This document shows positions 9,871 to 15,388 of a stretch of 15,388 nt of DNA, in pieces (the first letter of the stretch is position 1; each line of letters starts with the position of its first letter). The notes under the pieces were generated by a model, which made no database searches, was not told the origin of the DNA, and saw only the letters and a list, made by a program, of their open reading frames with translations. The stretch comes from Paraspadella gotoi (Eukaryota > Animalia > Chaetognatha), in contig CM119263.1 of NCBI GenBank assembly GCA_051294375.1, forward strand, positions 1,619,809 to 1,635,196. The letters run 5' to 3'. The translations under genes were made by a program, and so were the position numbers.

Positions 9871-10937
9871 GGGTGAGGTATGAAGAGAGCGGAGTTGAGT
9901 TATGGCAAGGGTAAGGATAAGGCTAAGGGTAAGGGACAAAGCGGACATTACGCAAAAATCGTCCACCTGGTGAGTAAAATGAATCCATCAGTTGGACAAA
10001 TGTGAGTCGCAGTTTTCTCGATCCATCGACGCACCCACAACCCTTCCCCATTTCGTCTCCCTCTCAAATGAGTTTTAATTCTCCAACGCCTTTTGTCTTT
10101 CGTGAATCTAGATTATCCAGGGGGCGTTTCGTTATCTTTCCCCTAGCGGCGCTTTTTTTTTATTTTCATGCATATATTCGCGTTGCCTCTCGTTAACTCA
10201 TCTCGTTAAACTGAAGTTTACGAGGCTTCGTCAAAGTTCGATGCCTTTTTGTTTCAGATTAAGTTTTTTTGTTTCTGTTTTTCTGTTTTTTTAATCCTAT
10301 TTATCCAGTTATTAGCTGAATCGAGAATTGAAACTCGAAGATAATTCGTCCGATGTTTAGATTTTAATTCATTAGTGCGGAAGAGAAAGAGAGCTTCAGT
10401 TGCAAACGAGTGGTCATTAAAAATTAATTATTTAAGATAAATCTCCCATTTTGCCAAATGATTAATAGGAAATCACTTTGGTCGCATCACTCTTTTTTAA
10501 AGTTTGTAGCTTCTATCTTGATTTTAAAGTGGTTTTTAACTAATTAGAATATTTAAAACATATTAATCTTTGATCGAAATTTAATAAATGAGTCTGGAAT
10601 AAAAGTTTGTCAAAAGGTAAACAAACTATTTACTAATTAAATGGATAATTTTTACTTTGATCGTACCAATTTCATCGATAGCGTTGTTTAATGTTTACAT
10701 TTAGTTTACATATTATTTACATTCGATATCGATAAAACAAAAACATCTCCAGCCGTCGATTCCCTCTTGTTTTGTTTCGACGGTGAAAAAGAGGAGGAGA
10801 TGAGAGAGAGAGAGAGAGGAGAGGAGAGAGAGAGAAGAGAGAGAGAGAGTAGAGAGAGAGAGAGAGAGAAGGAGGAGATAGAGAACCGCTGCCCNNNNNN
10901 NNNNNNNNNNNNNNNNNNNTTGAAAAGCCTGATCCGT

Positions 10938-11795
10938 GTTATCGTGATCGACCTTGCATGGTTAGAAGAAGAGAGAGAGAACGAAGAGTTACATGGATAT
11001 GGATGGTGGAGAAGAGAGAGAAGAGAGGAGAGAGAGAGAGAAGAGAGATGAGAGAGAGAGAGACGTTATGTATGACGCTTGAGAGAGAGAGAACAGAAGA
11101 GAGAGAGAGAGAAAGAGAGAACGTTGTATAGTGATTCGACCTTTTGCCTGGTTGAGCAGTAGATTGAGAGAGAAGAGACGAGAGACGAGATAGGAGAGAG
11201 AGAAGGGCGACTGCAGGGAGAGAGAGAGAGAGAGGAGAGAGAGAGAGGCACGTTGAATGGATTCGAACACTGGCATGGTTGAAGAGAGAGAAGAGAGAGA
11301 GAGAGAAGAGAAGAGAGAAGAGAGGAAAAGCTTTTTTATGGTGATCGACCTTGCAGCTGGGGAGAGAGAGAAGAGGAAGAGAGAGACGAGAGAGAGAGAG
11401 ATGAAGAAGAGAGAGCGAGACGTTTGTAATGGTGATTCGACCCTTGGCATGGGAAGAAAGAGCAGAGAGAGCGAGGGAGAGAGAAGAGACGTATGGTGAT
11501 CGACTTGGGCATGGGTGAGAGAAGAGAGTAGAGAGAAAGGAAGAGAGAGAGAGAGACATAATGGATCGATCCCTTGCATGTTTTGAGAGAGAGAGAGAGA
11601 GAGCAGAGAAGAGAGAAGAGAAGAGAAGAGACGACGCGTTGTTAAAGGTGATTCGAACCTGGCAGGTTGAGAGAGAGAGAGAGGAGAGAGACGAGAACGT
11701 AAGTGTGATCGGACCTTGGGCATGGTTAGGGAGAGAGAGCAGAGAGAGAGAAAGAGACGAGAGAGAGAGAGACTAATGGGGTGATTTGTCCGACC
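10938..11795. repeat. Minisatellite, ~12-13 units of ~70 bp: core ~GACGTTGTAATGGTGATCGACCTTGGCATGGTT plus a (GA)-rich linker
   Basis: Clear cores at ~10938, 11121, 11250, 11331, 11419, 11488, 11555, 11633 and 11697. Degenerate cores at ~10988, 11062, 11205 and 11771. Confidence 0.9.
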
Positions 11796-12954
11796 CAATT
11801 AGGAGAAAAGGGAGAATCTACGATTGTGGACGGGAAAGGTGGGTAACCGGGAGGGAGGATGAGGAGGAAGAGGAGGAGGAGGAAGAAAAGGAGTAAAACG
11901 AAGGAAAGGCTGAATTCGTTGCCAATAAAAAAAGCCTCAGCGATTTCCAATCCTTGCAATCAATTGTGGTGCAATCATTTTCTAGAGCAATCAATCCTTG
12001 TATCAACATATTGTATTTCTAAATTAGAATATAAACTAAATTAGCAGGATCCCTAGCTCTCCGTGGAACAACGATATAAAAAACAACGACAACAACAACA
12101 AAGAAGGACAATCAGTTCTCGATAACAAAAACTGTAAATCGTTTGCAGAAAAAATTTCGTTCTCGTTTGCGTTGACGACGCCTCCGCCCGGCTGTGGCCG
12201 CCTCTTCCCCGCATTGCTTGGGTCTGCAATCCCTCACCCCAACCCACAGGCATATTTCCCTATCTGGTACAATCCCTTTCCTCCGCTTACAATCCCCTTC
12301 CCTCACACAAAATCCCCTTCCCCGCCCACATACCCTTGTCCTCTTCCCCCTGCGGTCATTACAGTCAACGGCAATGACATAATTCCCTCGTGAGATGAGT
12401 TTCTCATTAGGGAGACTCGTTCTGTCTCGCACGCTATCTCTCTCTCTTTGTTGGTTTCCGGAACAAGTTATAAACATCCGTCTTTTGCAATAGGCTTTAC
12501 CATCCCTGCCGGTTTTGGTCATGTGCAACGCTTTTATTGGACCATCTGCGGCTTCAGTCTAATTCCACCTGATGAAAGTCAAACTGGGATGGCTGCCATG
12601 GGTTTATTTTTTGTTTCGGTCTTTCGGTTCTTTAAGGACTAATTTTTAAAAGGTTTAGGTCGCTAACCTAATAACCTATTTACCCCAACATAACCTCTTT
12701 CTCCATGGTGCTCCCAACGATTGACAATTCCCGTTTGCCAAGCCAGCTGGGTTAGCCCAGAATGACCCCCCTTCTGGTGGCCCAACTTAGACAATAGCTA
12801 ACCTGCCTAAACCATATGGTCTAGGAATTTGGGGTTCCAAAGGATTTTGGTTCGTAATCGTTTCAAGACCTTCAAGAAATTTCAACCCAAATTCACAACC
12901 CGATCCAACCCATCATTTCTATTCATCGTATATCCCGTTAGACCTTCACTGGCA

Positions 12955-13281
12955 GAACAATTGCCCAATGCCAATCCCTCTGGGGCCCAAGACAAAGTTG
13001 GCCCCCAATGCCGTTCCTCTGCAAGACATGCAATGGCCGGACCTCTGCAAAGATTAATTGGCCAGAGCCCGTCCCCTTGCCAAGACAATGCAATGCCGTC
13101 CTGGCCAAGACATTGCCCCAGATGCCGACCTCTGCAAGACAATGCCAATGACGTCCTCTGCCAAGTACCATTCCCCAATGCCGTTCCAATTACCAATGTT
13201 ATACCTCTGCAAAACAAATTGCCCAATGCCCCCCCGTCCCCTCTGCCCCAAGACCAATTGCCAATTGCCGTCCTCTGCCAA
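12955..13281. repeat. 26-bp minisatellite, ~11 noisy units, consensus GACAATTGCAATGCCGTCCTCTGCAA
   Basis: Recurring CAAGACA..CAATGCCGTCCTCTG. Two clean units occur reverse-complemented at 15337-15388 and define the 26-bp period. Confidence 0.92.
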
Positions 13282-14134
13282 GATCCCAACCCGAGAAAAC
13301 CTTTCATCGATCTTAAAAACGTATCGGAAGACGAAGAGCTCCGCCCATCGAGGCCAAATGCGACGTCTACTCCCTCTCTTCTCTTCCCTCTCTCTCGCTC
13401 TCTCTCTCTCTCTCCCTCTCTCTCTCCTCTCTCCCTGCTCCTCTCCTCCTCATTCCCGCAGGGCTGATGGCGAGGCGACCTTCATCGATCTGAGCACTCC
13501 GAAAACTGACATGGAAAAATGAGATTCCCCGCATGATTCCCCCGATGCCCCCCCATAAAAAAAAGGGGAAGAGCAAAGAAAAAGGGATAAAAAAACCAAT
13601 AGGAAGGGAAAATCCAAGACCTTAGTCACCAACATTCGACTTCATAAGCCAAACCAAAATCATAGTGTATGTTTTTCCTAATCCCTTATTTGTTCTTTCT
13701 TCATTATTGGTTTTTCTTGTCCTCCATCTCTCATCCCTCTCTCCTCTCTCTCTCTCCTCCTTCCTCCTCTCCTCCTCTCTTTCTCTCTCTCTCCTTCTCT
13801 CTCTCTTCTTTTTTTCCTTTGTTCATCATCACTTTTTTATCTTTAGCCTCTCTTTCTCTCTCCTCCTCCGCCTCTGTTTCTCTCTTCCTCCCTTTTCCTC
13901 GATTATTCGATTTCTAACCCCTCTCGCACTTGGAATCACGGACGTTAAATAAAGGAAAAACAAAACCCCCGGAAAAACCCAAAACCACAAAAAAAACAAA
14001 ATAAAACAAAAAAATAAAACGAAATGGGAGACATAAACAATTTTATTCGAAATCTCTTTTCCTCAACTCATTTCTGTAACAACAATGACATTCAATTCGC
14101 CAGAAGAATTCGTCAGAAATGATTTTTCTTAATG
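13212..14134 (+). repeat. Left arm of inverted repeat (partner 14487-15388)
   Basis: GAAGACGAAGAGCTCCGCCCATCGAGG (~13327) matches CCTCGATGGGCGGAGCTCTTCGTCTTC (~15270) as reverse complement. Likewise CTCGCACTT..AATCAC.GACGTTAAATAAAG (~13923) with ~14646-14679, and ACAATTTTATTCGAA (~14037) with ~14571-14585. Confidence 0.95.
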
Positions 14135-14486
14135 ACGAGAGCGGATGAGAGATGATGAGAGAGAGAGACGACGTACCGCCCCTAAGAGAGATTCCGTAAC
14201 GAAGAGAGGACTGAGAGGAGAGAGCGGAGGAGCGAGAGCTGGCAGGACCAGATGAGGAAGAGAAGAGGAGAGAGACGAAAGAGAGACTGACGGAGAGAGA
14301 ACTATATCCGAGAGCAAGACCCTCAAGAGAGAGAGAGATGGTGAGATGAGAGAGAGGATAATTGCTCCTTCTCATCCCGGCCCCGAGTAGCAGAGGAGAG
14401 AGAGAGGAGATGAAGACGGAGCGCTCGCGGGAAGAGAGAGACAGAGAGAGAGAGAGGAGAGNNNNNNNNNNNNNNNNNNNNNNNNN

Positions 14487-15388
14487 CATTAAAGAAAAAA
14501 AATCATTTCTCTGAACGAATTCTCTGGCCAATGATGGATGACATTGAAACTTTGATGATAGAAAAAGGGATTCGAATAAAATTGTTTTTTTTTACATTTT
14601 TTGTTTGTTTGTTTTCTTTTTGTTTTGTTTTTCGTTTTGTTATTCTTTATTTAACGTCGGTGATTCACAAGTGCGAGAGTTAAAATCGATATCGAGGAAA
14701 AGAGAAGAGAGAGACAGAGAGAGAAAGAGAGAGAGAGACAGAGAGGCTAAANNNNNNNNNNNNNNNNNNNNNNNNNNNNNNNNNNNNNNNNNNNNNNNNN
14801 NNNNNNNNNNNNNNNNNNNNNNNNNNNNNNNNNNNNNNNNNNNNNNNNNNNNNNNNNNNNNNNNNNNNNNNNNNNNNNNNNNNNNNNNNNNNNNNNNNNN
14901 NNNNNNNNNNNNNNNNNNNNNNNNNNNNNNNNNNNNNNNNNNNNNNNNNNNNNNNNNNNNNNNNNNNCTTGGATTTTCCCTCCTTTGGTTTTTCTACCCT
15001 TTTTCTTTCTCTTCCCTTTTTTTCTGCATCGAATCATCGAATCTCATTTTCCATTCAGTTTTCGAGTCTCAGATCGATGAAGTCGCCTTCGCATCAGCTG
15101 CGGNNNNNNNNNNNNNNNNNNNNNNNNNNNNNNNNNNNNNNNNNNNNNNNNNNNNNNNNNNNNNNNNNNNNNNNNNNNNNNNNNNNNNNNNNNNNNNNNN
15201 NNNNNNNNNNNNNNNNNNNNNNNNNNNNNNNNNNNAGAGAGAGAGAGAGAGAGAGAGACGGTCCATTTGCCTCGATGGGCGGAGCTCTTCGTCTTCGATG
15301 GTTTCAAGATTCGATGGAAAGGTTTTCTCTTGGATCTTGCAGAGGACAGCATTGCAATTGTCTTGCAGAGGACGGCATTGCAATTGTC
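14487..15388 (-). repeat. Right arm of inverted repeat; extends past the right edge of the window
   Basis: Colinear reverse-complement match to 13212-14134. Starts immediately after a 25-N gap and contains two further gaps. Confidence 0.95.

Larger units (their letters stand above)
2711..15235. other. Eight assembly gaps: 2711-2735, 3094-3440, 5464-5488, 8545-8835, 10895-10919, 14462-14486, 14752-14967, 15104-15235
   Basis: N-runs of 25, 347, 25, 291, 25, 25, 216 and 132 nt, counted from the sequence. Nearly all adjoin GA/CT tracts. Confidence 0.98.

Noticed and set aside
10938-11795. CRISPR array
   Set aside because: Spacers are low-complexity GA runs rather than unique sequence, the cores vary by indels, there are no cas genes, and the context looks eukaryotic.
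10939-11798. 206-aa and 269-aa minus-strand ORFs
   Set aside because: Ser/Leu-rich translations of (CT)n linkers in the minisatellite; stop-free by composition.
12560-12600. Hammerhead ribozyme (CTGATGA present)
   Set aside because: No stem II followed by GAAA, and no stem I/III pairing around a cleavage triplet.
12650-12826. Telomeric repeats (GGTTTAGG, TAACCT, CCTAA variants)
   Set aside because: Only a few scattered, imperfect units in both orientations; no tandem array.
12829-13522. 212-aa ORF and overlapping ORFs as annotated genes
   Set aside because: Explained by a stop-free 26-bp repeat with indel noise. The cleaner inverted copy gives a different peptide.
14135-14461. Retained PacBio SMRTbell adapter at the fold-back centre
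   Set aside because: The spacer is ~330 bp of GA-rich sequence without the adapter's CCTCCTCCTCCGTTGTTGTTGTT core.

Overview
AT-rich, intron/intergenic-like DNA from what looks like a eukaryotic draft scaffold (inference: abundant (GA/TC)n, (TTCA)n and (CCT)n simple repeats, GT-AG splice-like signals, no operon-like ORFs). It has 8 N-gaps, four of exactly 25 N. No gene family, rRNA, tRNA, transposase or CRISPR array is recognisable, and nearly all listed ORFs come from low-complexity sequence or N-runs. The main structure is duplication. There is a ~2.1 kb direct repeat (532-2710 / 3441-5463), an inverted repeat (1-530 / 5489-6083) running off the left edge, and a second inverted repeat (~13212-14134 / 14487-15388) running off the right edge. 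The copies differ mostly by small indels and abut the 25-N gaps, which points to long-read gap-filling artefacts rather than biology. There are also two minisatellites (~70 bp unit at 10938-11795, 26 bp unit at 12955-13281), a strong G-quadruplex motif, and a few low-confidence exon candidates. I could not support a novel biological system from this window.
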